From NCBI GenBank assembly GCA_035084275.1, contig CM068752.1, positions 7,812,001-7,876,000 on the forward strand: 64,000 nucleotides of DNA. Direction: 5' to 3'. Positions 53,024 to 64,000 of the stretch are shown here, piece by piece. Within the stretch, counting starts at the first letter, position 1. Each line of letters opens with the position of its first letter. The stretch comes from Hydrolagus colliei (Eukaryota). The translations under genes were made by a program, and so were the position numbers. A model generated the notes under the pieces. It had not been told where the DNA came from and ran no database searches. It saw only the letters and a program-made list of their open reading frames with translations.

Positions 53024-56000
53024 CTAACATGCCCTCCTGGTGCTGACCACTTTGCCCTGATAGCTGACAGGTTCTTGCCCAGGGCCGCTCACGTACACAT
53101 CCAGGAGGTAAGTGGTGCCAGGCCGCAGCCCCTCCACCCTCTGTGTGGTGACTGAACCGCGAGAAGTCTGACAGCCGATCTTCTCGGCGCGGGGCCTGGA
53201 GCTCGGGTGCAGGCAGGAGTCTGGGGGCTTGCCTGGCCCGCCAGGGGGACGCACAACCCGCCTGTACACACAATACCTGCTGCCGGCGCTGTGAGGCGAG
53301 CTCAGCCAGGCCAGGGTCAGCTCTGAGCAGCCCCGCAGCCGAGAGAACACCCGGAGACGGGTGTCACGAGGGAGTGGAGGGAAGGGCAGCTTGTCGGGCC
53401 GGTCAGTGGCATGGAGCCTAAGTGAGGCCGAGGCTGCAGGTTGGGCCTGCAGTTGGATGAGGTAGTAGGCTCCAGGCTTCCCTCGGCTCAGGTAGAGATG
53501 CTCCGGGCCCCGGACCCACCGGGACACCAGGCTCTGCGCCCCTCCTCCGCCCTCCTGCCTCACCCACACATGAACCGACCCGCGGCACGGCCACACTGAC
53601 AAAACCAGCCGCTGCCGGGGTCGCTGTGAGGAGCTGGGCCTGAAACGCAGGAGCCTCGATCCGCCGCTCTTCAGCTTCAACTCAGTCACCTTCCCGCGTT
53701 TCAACTCCTCCATTGACAGGCCCTCGGCTTTGGGCCTTGTCCTGGTGAATGTCCCACCATAAGCCGTGCTGGCCCCGGTCACTGGGTTGACCGCAAAGAC
53801 GTCCAGGTAATATTGTGTGCCAGGCCGCAGCCGGGACACTGTCAGGGAGTTAGTACTACCCGTGCACAGATGCAATGCGTTCACCTCTCTCTCCTCACCG
53901 TTTCCGTCTCCTCCCCACTCTCCGCCCGTGGGCAGCCCACCAACCGCCAGCCCACGAGACGAGGGTTGCCAGGGAGGCAAGGTAGACAGTTGCCATGGGA
54001 ACGGTTTCCTAGATGGCGAGATAGATGGTCCCCATGGCTCGGTTTGCCCAGAAGGTGAAGAGCGTGGTATCCTTGGAGATGGTTGCCAGGGAACCGGTTG
54101 CCAAGGGGACATGGAGGATGGTTTCCAAGGAGAAGAGGGTGGTTGCCAGACGTCTGGTTTCCACGGAGATGGAGACTGTCGCCAGGCATCCGGTTGAGAG
54201 GGGGATGAGGAGGATGTAATTTTGGGAGATGGTTGCCTGAGGGACAAGGAGGACAGTTGCCAGGGAGACAGCTCTACCACTCGCTGTCTTCCGGTTGCCC
54301 TGATGACGGGAGGCCTCAGGAACCCATGGGATTGGGTAGGCCAAGGCTCGGCAGTTACCCCCTCCCACCGCCATAGCTCTGTCTCTGCAGCACAGAGGCT
54401 CTTGTAGTTGTGCCTACGGTTGACCAGAGCACAGTACTGGGTCGCAATGTCCGGGCTGGGCTTCCACACCAGGGACAGGCTGGTGCGGCCCACGGTGGCC
54501 ACCTCTAGGAGGGGGTCCCGGGGCAGGGCGGGGTAGGGCCTCTTGGGGCCAGTGCCGGCCCACACCCTGACCCCCGTGTCCCTCTCGGTGCAGAGCAGCT
54601 CCAGCGTGTAGCGGCCCGCGGACTTCCCCACCCTAGAGAATGTTTCCACATCGTTGCCGCGGTAGGAAAACAGCCGCGTCTCCTGGGGATGGAGTCCGTC
54701 TGATGACAACAACAACAACCACCACTGGCATTTACACAGCGCCTTTCATTCAGAACCTCACATTGAGGGGTAGACCCATCCATTGCCCTCCCCCCACCAA
54801 AGCACCCAACTACATATCTACTCACATACCCATCGACCCAACCACACATACCCAGAACCACTCACTTGTGTCAGGACAGTGCAGGCAAGACACAGGGCAA
54901 GGAGTGGGGAGAGAGGAAGCGAGGGGAGGGGACGCAACGGTTGGGGCATCATAGTAGGAAGCCTTGGCCACCGATGGCTGAATTTAAGGTAAGGGACATG
55001 TAGCAAATGTGCCGAGTGGGAGAGACGAACAGAGCAGTGGGGAGGGCAAGAGAGATATGAGTAGTCCAAGGTTATCCCTGGACACACACACACACACGCG
55101 AGCAAACACACACCCACTCGCCCTCCCAGAGCCGGGACCTGTAGGATTCTCACCGGACGCGTCCTGGCTTGGAACCTCCTCCGGCTCCCACAGTGTCAGG
55201 TTCCATTGCAGGGGAGCGTCGCACGGCACGACCCTTACCGTGACCGTCACTGGGCCGTCCCTCTCCTCGACCGCCAACACTAACCTGAGACCAAAATGGA
55301 ACCTGATATTTTATCTTGTTCATCCCGCGTGTGTGTGTGCGAGAGAGAGAAATAATAATAATAATAATCACACATGCATTTGAGATAGCGCCTTACGACT
55401 TCATAATACTGTATTGACTTTATATTAATAGATAGAAAGATGAGAAAGGAGAGAGAAAAAGAGATGAACTTTTCATTCTCAGTCTCGGAGATGGATTTGA
55501 GCCCAGGTTCCATGAGAGAATGAGAGAGTTGGAGACGTACAGAGACCTCTTTGTAACAAGCTCAGACACCTGCCCTGTGAAGTCCTGGATCTCACACACA
55601 TCTCAGACCGGCACCACCACAAGCCTGGCTCACAGCAGTGGCCAGCTTCTGCTTTGTTCCCATTGATCGAGGAAAGCTTCCATGTCACTGACTCACCAAT
55701 ACAGGAGGGTCGTGGCCTGTTTCATCACAGTCTCCTCAAATCCCCATTGTCCCATCTTCCCATTTGACAGCATTGAGGTCATTATTAAATCAGTCTTGTT
55801 GTCGGGCAGTTTTACTCTGCGGCATTAATCTCCACCACTGTGTAGGGGTCCGAGACCCTGCCTTATGAGAGCGCTATATAAATGCTATAAAAGTTGTTAG
55901 AAATAAACACTTCCTAGTGTATGGCCTCAAACTGAGCGGTGGGAGGAGCATAGGAACAGGAGAAAGGCATTCAGCCCGAATCTGTTCTGCCATTGTATTA

Positions 56001-56597
56001 GTTAGATAACAATATCCATTGCCTATGATATAGAGTCTTTTCATGTCATCAAGACGTCACAAAGCGCTGCACAGAATAATTGTATTTTGAGGGCGAAACG
56101 CGTCAACCAATTGTGCACAGCAGCATCCCACAGACAGAGTGACCTCTTTTTCTTTGGAGGAATTAATATCCCTAGAAAACGATCTGCCAATTGCCTAAAC
56201 AACGGGTTCCTGCTTACTGCTTGGCAAACAAAGGTTTGTGGAGCAAGGAAACTTGCCCAAGGTTCCATCCCGTCGGGGAATTGAACCCAGGTCCTCTCGC
56301 TTGCAAGGCGAGTGGTCTAACCACTTAGTTACCGGCCTCCACGTGCGAGGAGGGGGATTTGACTTGGGTGAAGGAGGGGGATTTGAGCTCGTACCTTTTG
56401 TGGGTGTTCCTGAGGAGGAAGCCGGTGATTTCGGCACCGCCGGGGGTGATGGTAAGTTGCTGGGGGTCTGCGTGGCGTCCCGGGACCTGTGCCATTGAGG
56501 AGCCTGGAGCCGGGAGTCCGTGACACGGGCAGCACAGGGTGAGCAGCAGCAGGTAGGAAAGGCTCCTCTCACACACCACCGGCACCTTCACACACAT
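53024..56597 (-). CDS. ndnfl: NDNF-like secreted fibronectin type III protein, about 669 aa. Exons 56597-56395, 55284-55154, 54699-53024
   Basis: Signal peptide LSYLLLLTLCCPCHG, then GAEITGFLLRNTHKR, VVPCDAPLQWNL, LFSYRGNDVE, PYPALPRDP, YCALVNRRHNYKSLCA, LRPGTQYYLDVFAVN, TAYGGTFTRT and LRPGTTYLLDVYV...YQGKVVSTRRAC, all matching NDNF-family motifs. Splice phases are 2 and 1. It is called a paralogue from divergence and synteny. Confidence 0.88.
56040..56340 (-). mobile_element. tRNA-derived SINE in NDNF-like intron 1
   Basis: Reverse-complement head ggtaactaagtggttagaccactcgccttgcaagcgagaggacctgggttcaattccc with the same core. Confidence 0.7.
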
Positions 56598-59258
56598 CGC
56601 AAACACAGCCTTCAACACAGCCAAAAACACAGAGCTTAGTAATTAATATGCATAACAATAACAATCTTTGCATTTGGTACAGCGCCTTGTTGTGACGTCT
56701 CAAAGCGCTTCACTGAAAAGTGCAGTGACTGTGTATTTTGTGGGTGCGAAACGAGGCAACTAGTTTGCGCGCAGCACTGTCTGATAAACAGGCAGGGAGC
56801 GAGTGACTGATTTTATCTGTGGGATTGTTGGCCAGGACAGCGGGAGACAGAGAGAGAAAATCTCCCTTCTCGCTTTCAAATAGCACTGCGGGATCTTTAA
56901 CATCTACCTGAGGTTTCACGTCTCATCATCAGGAGAGGATTTCACAATCGAACACATCAACATTTTCCATTTTCTTCTTATCCCTGATATATATATATAT
57001 ATATATATTATGTGTGTGTGTGTGTTGGCTTAACCGAAATAAGTGCAACAAACAACAGAATTGCATTTGTAGAGCGCCTTTCACGTCGGGAGGAAGTCCC
57101 AAGGAGTTGCAAAGCGCAGAACACTCGACTGTCTGACTTTTCGTCAAACACACTCACACAACAAGAGTCTGCGGATCCGCAACGCAGTCACTTCCCAAAG
57201 AAACAAAATCACAAATCAATTCCTAGCAGCTTGTGGTATAAAGCTCAGTACAATTCTCCCATGTCGCTCACCACCTTTACAACACTACAGTTGCACCTCA
57301 AACTTTGATGCTCATTTCACGTCAGATGAATGTCTCAAAATGCTTAACAACAATTTGCATCAATACTGAGCCTTGACCGTGGCAGAGCCTGACACCGCGG
57401 TGGCTGGAGGGAGGGAGATTACTATAGTCGTGGTCAACGGAGGAAGGAGGGGGGCAGAGCGGAGGGATAGGGGAACAGTGTTCCAGAGTTTCGGGGTGCA
57501 GTGGCTGAAAGCCCGGCCACCGATGGTGAAAAGGAGGGAGGGCACGGGAGACAAGCAGGAGGTTGGAAATAATCGAGCAGAGAAATAAAAGCGAAACACA
57601 CCTCAAAGCGTGACACACACTGCGACAGCTCCTAGACTCTGACACTCCAGTTTACCAACAGCTCCCGGCACAGCCGCGGCGGTGAGTTCCACAACAGGAG
57701 ACAGTGTGTCCAGCCGGCGGAGCGAGAGAGCGAGCCAGCGAAGACGTCGCTGTTAAGTGGGGTTGCAGGCTGGCTGTGCAGCCCCAGTTCCCGTCAACCT
57801 GATACTGAGAGGTTGAGAACCTGTACATTCCCTTCACTCACTCTCTCTCTCTCTCCCCCTCTCTCTCACACACACACCAGGCAGTAATTAAACACTGACT
57901 CTGCCCTGAGCTCTTTGGTGAGTCACTGAAACACACACACAGGGGCTGGCATCGTCTCTCACAGAGACTGAGCCGGGAAGAGGGGGAGAAACTCAATATG
58001 AGAGGCACCTGGGTTGCTTGCTTTCCCAATACATCTATTCTTCCCCCAACACGCCCTCCTTCCCCCCACAGTCAGACAGACAGTCACTGTCAGTCAGTCA
58101 GTCAGTCTGTCACTGCCTCCGAGAACATTTCATCCTCTCTGTCACTCTGCAATCAACCAGGACAGAGTGACTTTAGAAGGAAAATATCAGAATAATAATA
58201 ATCCCTGCATTTGATGCAGCGACTTATCACTTCTTCGAGATATTTTAAAGCGCTTCCCAGAATGTAAAGCGTAGTGACTATATTTCATGGGCGAAGCTTA
58301 CCTGGAGTTGACGGTGCTAGTGCAACCACAACACACACAGTCAATCCTTTGAAGCGCTGTGAGACATCTCACCTGTTAAAAAGGTGCAATATCAAATGTA
58401 AGAATTATTATTGATTGTGATTTCCATCCACTGACTGAGGCAGACTGACACCAGTAACATTTCCCTTCGGACCTGCTGCTGAAACCTCGGCTCACAAGGG
58501 AATATCAAGCGTTGGTCACTGACTGGAGCAGGCCAGTGCTCAACCCTCAACAGGTGAGCAGTTTACTGCGGGTAAAGAATAGGAGAACCATTGGCAGTGA
58601 GTGGCGTTTAAGTCATTTAACCCCCACCACCCCCTCCCAAATGGGTCTCGCAGCTGAGCCTTGAGGAAACAGGCTCCATGTAACACACTCGATAACTATA
58701 ACCAGAAACACATGCCAGGGTGGGCTCCAGGGCAGATGGATGTGAAAGTGAATCTACCCCCCCACCCCACTCTGCAAGGGTCTCCAATCGGAACCAGTTG
58801 CCGCTAATTGAAGCCAAAGATTGTTGATGTTGGGTTTGATAGTTTAGACGTTTTATTTGATTTTTGCTCCCAGTTTTATTGGTTAGGAAAATCTCCAGTG
58901 ATTGATTGGAAACAGAGGACTAAAGAGAGAGAGAGAGGATCGGGTGGGGGGAGAGAGGGGGACACAAATAAATAGTTCCTCAGCTCACATAATCATGTAA
59001 CATGTTCAATCCTGCTGGCTGGCTGAGAGATCATTGACCACTGAAGCGTAAACATGGATCATTCATATACAATTATACAGTGTGCAATCATGGCTGCAAA
59101 CAGGAGCCAATTTATACACAGCAAATTCCCGCAAACAGCCAAGAGGTGACTGACCTGTTTATTTCGAGAATTGTTGGCCAGTAAACTGGGAGCCACTCCA
59201 CGCATGCACATCATAATATTATTATTATTAAACCATGAACTATTTAAACATAGGTTGA

Positions 59259-59610
59259 GTCCTGTAGCTCAGTGGTTAGAGCACTCGCTTTACAAGAGCC
59301 TATGTTACGAATCCAGGCAGTTCAGGGCAACAACTTGGGCAAGTTTTCTTACTCCACACGCTTAATAATAATTCTTCCAAAAAAACGACACTAATAAGAT
59401 TGATCCTAACAGTCGTGGATTGATAGGATGTTATAATAACAGTCGTGGATTGTTTGTGGTGACACTGCTGTGCGCAATTGGCTGCCGCGTTTCACCGACA
59501 AATTTATAGTCAATTCACTTTACAGTGTAGTCTGTGAAGCGCTTTGAGAAGTCTAGAAGACATGAAAAGCACTATATCAAATGCAACGATTATCACTGTA
59601 TTATTATTAC
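59259..59610 (+). mobile_element. tRNA-derived SINE, near full length
   Basis: Head gtcctgtagctcagtggttagagcactcgc, core gctgtgcgcaattggctgccgcgtttcacc, tail aagcactatatcaaatgcaacgattat. Confidence 0.75.
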
Positions 59611-59828
59611 AGAAGTCTGGTTTCAATCTGTTTCTCTGCCAGTGGGTGACCACAGGGGGGCGTCACGGAGTGGCCAGCCTGGGAACAGCTGGAGCAGATG
59701 TGTTAACAACTCCCATCTTTCAAACTCTTTTGCCCAGTTTCCGTAACTTATCAGCCTCGCTCGGTGCTCGCAGATCAAGTAGGGCAGGACGCATTAGCCA
59801 TGCAAAGCACCATCTGATCAAGCATGTG

Positions 59829-59995
59829 GAGTCCTGTAGCTCAATAGTTAGAGCACTCGCCTCGCGAGTGAGAGGACCTGGGTTCGATTCCCAGACAGGG
59901 CGAAACCTTCGACAAGTTTCCTTACTCCACGCGCCTCTGTTTACCTAGTATTATGTAGGAACCTGGTTGTTCGTCGATTGACGGATCGCTTTCCT
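59829..59995 (+). mobile_element. SINE tRNA head with the best-preserved Pol III A and B boxes
   Basis: tagctcaatagttagagc (A box) and ggttcgattcc (B box), running directly into the SINE body aagtttccttactccac. Confidence 0.75.
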
Positions 59996-60310
59996 GGGAG
60001 ATGTTTCAAAGAACTTCACAGGATATATACCGTAAAATGAATTGACTGTGTATTTTGCGGGCAAAACGTGGTAATCGTTGGCACACAGCAGCATTCCTCC
60101 CACAGACAGTTGAATGGAACAGATTGAAGTGGTTGAGTCTGTGACGCAGGACTGATTAATAGGTTAAGGATGATACTTGGCTACGAGACTAGATTATTTT
60201 CCTGGAAAATGATTGGCCAGGGTCATCCAGCCTTCCTGCCCTGGGCTTGCAGGATGAGCTGTCAACACAATAAATAGTCTGTAACATCAGCGAGCGAGGC
60301 AGGTAGAGTC

Positions 60311-63300
60311 ATGGAGGACAGCTTGAGCCACTGGCTGTCGATTTTGTTCTTGATCACCGCGGAGCAAACAGCAGAGGCACAAGCACAGGTAAGTGCGCAG
60401 ATATGGCTGTGACAGGCACAGGGTTTAACGTGTGTCTCACACGCTCAGAGCCAAAGAAAATATTAGCCCAAAGTTGGGCGCAGCACAGATTTCCGTTTAA
60501 TTGACATTTGCAATTCACGGCTGGGGCTTGACTAGGGATGAGCACAAATGATTACTGAGATTATAGAATCATACAGCATAGAAGGAGGTCATTTGTTGCA
60601 TTGTATCTGTGCCAGCCCTTTAAACTGCTGTCCAAATTAATAACAATACAGTACTAATAATAATACTTCTCGCATTTAATCCCACTGACCTGCTATTGAA
60701 TCATAGATGGATGGACAAGTTCATCAGTATATATATATATAGATATATGTGTATATATATACACACACAATATATATAACCTATATAATACAACTCAGTG
60801 GTTAGAGCACTCGCCTCACAAGCAAGAAGACCTGGGTTCAATTCCTGGACAGGGCAAAACCGTAGTCAAACTAAGTACAGTATATATAAAAATAATAATC
60901 CTTGAATTTGATATTGCGCTTTTCACATCTTCTAGACGTCTCAAAGCTCTTCACAGAATACACTGTAAAGTGACAGATTGTATATTTGTGGGCAAAATAT
61001 ATTTCAAAGAGCCAGCATGGACATGATGAGCTGAATGACTTCTTTCCATTCCATGATTCTACAAATAATAAGAATAATCTTTGCATTTGATATAGCGCTT
61101 TTCAAGTCTTCTAGACGTCTCAAAGCGGTTCGCAGAATACTGTATACTGTAAAGTGAATTGACTGTATGCATGTGAGCGAAATGCGGCAGCCAATTGTAC
61201 AGAGCAGTGTCCCACAAAGAGTCGTGGATTGAAATGACTAATTTTTATTATTGTTGTTTTGTTTTGGACAGATTGTTATTGTGCATATGGAGTAAGGACC
61301 TGCCTAGATTTATAATATAGGTCTCATGCTTGTAAAGCAAATGCTCTACCCACTGAGCTACAAGTCTCCACTTATGATCTCAGTACCTAATGTGCTCTTC
61401 ACCACTAGACCCCGGCTTTGAATTGCAAATGTTAATCAAATACAAATCTGTTCTGCAGCCAATTTTAGGCTAATATTTCCTTACACCACACACACGCCTG
61501 TTTACCAGCAGTAACTAGGAACCTGGTTGTTAATCGATTGGTGGATTGCTTTTCCAGGGGTTAATAATTAAATCCCTTCAAAAAAATCATTAAGAAGAAT
61601 CATACGGTCACTCGATCCAAGATTGTTTGTGGGACACTGTTGTGTACAATTGGCTGCCACACTTCGCCCACAAAATACAGTCACCTCACTTTACACGGCA
61701 TTAACAGGCGGAAGCTAAACCAGTCTGAGGAGACAATTCAAATCAAAATTTGCATTTCAAATTTGGATGTTTTTGGAATGTTGCTCTGGCTCTTCTCCCC
61801 CACACCCACTCTCCCCATCTCCACACCCTCTCTCCCCATCTCCACATCATCTCTCCCCCACCCTCCACCACCCTCTCTCCATATGCTGAGGCTGATCGAG
61901 TGAGAGCGTGTGTGCTGTGCTCGTGTGTGTGTGTGAGCCAGCTGGATGCTTGCTGGGCACTGCTTTCCAAGGGACACAAGCCAACCCTGCCAAGTCCAAA
62001 GATTGAATTTATGAAATGATTAACTCGTGAGTCTCCGAGAATCAACAGACCACCAATGCTCACCAACCTGCTGACACTCACATACACTCTTACTCTCTCG
62101 CTCTCACACAGTCTTTCTCTCACACACACACACATAGACCTACTAGGTAATATTTCCTTCCAAAATAAAAATTTGGTCATTCAATCAACAACAACAACAA
62201 CAAATTACATTTATAGAGCGCCTTTCACGTCGGGAGGACGTCCCAATCAATGACTGTTTGTGTGCAATTGGCTGCTGCCTTTCGCACCCCAAAAAATCAA
62301 TTCACTTTACAATCTATTCTGTGAAGCGCTTTGTGACACCTCGACAACGCGATAAGACGCTGTATCAAATGCCAGGAATATAGTTGTGATTACAATTATT
62401 ATTATTAAAGCTGAGAGCTGACGAATCTCACCATCTCTGACCTGCAGGTTTCTTACTGTAACTCCTCCAACGCTGATTCCATCTATAACTATGGAGCCAC
62501 CACCATCAAAGGCCGTTACTATTCCTTCAGGGAGTTCATGGGCAAAATGTTACTGATTGTCAACGTGGCTTCTTACTGAGGGTTAACCAACCAGTATCTA
62601 GGTTTGTGCCTCTGACCTCAGATCCACGACACACACAATCTTCTCCAGCAATCACCCCAACCATCCATCCTCTCCTTCAGATGAGACGCTAAACCGAGCT
62701 TCCCCGCCTATTCCATGTTCAACTGGACCTTAAACCTCACCCCAGCACCCCACCCAACCACCCCCCGCCCCAGTGTCCCCCCACCATGGCCCTAGTCAAA
62801 AATTCCTCTCTCAGCCACTTCACGGTTGTAGGTACTCAAATTTGCTGCTACACCTTCCCACAAAGAACCCAGTCACTACACTACCCAATGAGGCACTGCA
62901 GGCGTTTGCAACATATTTTACAGATGTTTTGTTTGTTCCCCAGAATTGAATGCACTTAACATAGAACTGGAACCCTACAATTTCACCATCCTCGCCTTCC
63001 CCTCCAACCAGTTTGGGAAACAGGAGCCGGGCACCAACAAGGAGATCCTACTCAGCCTGAAGTGAGTGTGAGCAAGCACACCATGCTTACACTCATACAC
63101 ACACTCACACACACACACACACACAAATATACATTCCTCATACTGACAGTCTCTCTCGGAAGTGAGTGTGAGCAGCAGCAACAACAAAAAAGAACAATGA
63201 GAACAAATTAGACATACAGCATCAGGGGAATGGTCCATCAGGCCAGGCGGGGGGGACAAAACAGTCTTTATACACACGGACACCAACAGAATGCTCACAT

Positions 63301-63426
63301 TCACACACTCACCTCTCTGCTCTCAGGTACGTACGCCCTGGAAATGGGTTTGAGCCAAACTTCCCGATGTTCCGGAGGGGAGATGTGAATGGCGTCACTG
63401 AACAACGGCATTATACATATCTCAAG
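60311..63426 (+). CDS. GPX3: Glutathione peroxidase 3 (selenoprotein), partial: exons 60311-60388, 62448-62601, 62944-63061, 63327-63426. The last exon and SECIS lie beyond the window
   Basis: Signal-peptide exon [26 protein letters not shown]|gtaagt; [18 protein letters not shown](62577-62579)-GLTNQYLELNAL, [15 protein letters not shown] and [22 protein letters not shown]. Exon sizes of 154, 118 and 100 nt and their phases fit the GPX3/5/6 structure. TATA-like caataaatag at about 60268. Confidence 0.9.
61070..61372 (-). mobile_element. tRNA-derived SINE in GPX3 intron 1
   Basis: Same tail, core and head modules in reverse orientation. Tail-only copies occur at about 2340, 6425, 13625, 27185, 29375, 40395, 41080, 42530, 47430 and 56655. 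Confidence 0.7.
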
Positions 63427-64000
63427 GTCTGCTGGCTTCCCTCACGCTCACCGTCAAACTGCACACACGCAACAAACGCGCTTTAGTATTTTTTGCCCAG
63501 CCCACCCAGTGTAGTGTGTCTGCCGTCACCGTTGCTTAAGTGTCTCCAAACCCAATTGAGAATTCTATGCCTCCCACCTATACATGGAAATCCCAGAGAG
63601 AGAGATTGTTGGAATTGAATGTGCACTCTTCTCTTTCTCTTCCCCCTCCCTCTCTCTCTCTCCCCCTCTCTCTCTCCCCCTCTCTCTCTGGAGGGAACGA
63701 GCTCTGCTGACCTAATTCCAGAGAGTATTAAGCGCAGGTTGGCGAGATCGATGGATGCGTGTGAGGTCAGGGTAAAAGGGGATACGGGGCAAAGGCAGAG
63801 TAATTGGAGTTAAGAGGTTCCGATCAGCTGTAGAATGGCAGAACAGGCTCAGGGGGCTGAATGTACCTGCACCTGTTCCTATGTTCCTTGTCCGGTTTGA
63901 ACCACCCGACCTACAAGTAACATGCAAATGCCACGCACACGCGACAGCTGACACGGTGGGCGCCGGGCGAGTGGCTCCGGGCGGGTGGATAACTTCTTGC

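Noticed and set aside
59830-59902. tRNA-like cloverleaf with A and B boxes
   Set aside because: It runs into SINE body sequence, has no Pol III terminator and has many decayed copies, so it is a SINE head rather than a tRNA gene.
62574-62596. Short hairpin around the Sec UGA (tact...ggtt/aacc...agta)
   Set aside because: Too weak and short to call a Sec redefinition element without conservation data.

Overview
Vertebrate genomic DNA with intron-containing genes, most likely from a cartilaginous fish (inferred from its DeuSINE-, L2-, CR1- and Penelope-type repeats; the species cannot be confirmed from sequence alone). The block is syntenic with human 5q33.1: SYNPO(+), MYOZ3(+), RBM22(-), DCTN4(-), SMIM3(+), an NDNF-like paralogue(-) and GPX3(+, 3' end outside the window). 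Exon structures were built by hand from splice signals and phase and give intact reading frames. Most notable: a minimal Penelope-type hammerhead ribozyme inside an inverted repeat downstream of the NDNF-like gene; a 33 x 27-nt coding minisatellite in SYNPO; a 21-nt DCTN4 microexon with neural-type UGC elements; a GC-AG intron in DCTN4; a Trp/Pro/Ser repeat insert in the NDNF-like protein; an in-frame Sec UGA in GPX3; and a pre-miRNA-sized perfect hairpin. I cannot show a wholly new biological system; these are candidates for follow-up. Comparisons with human proteins are from memory, not from database searches.
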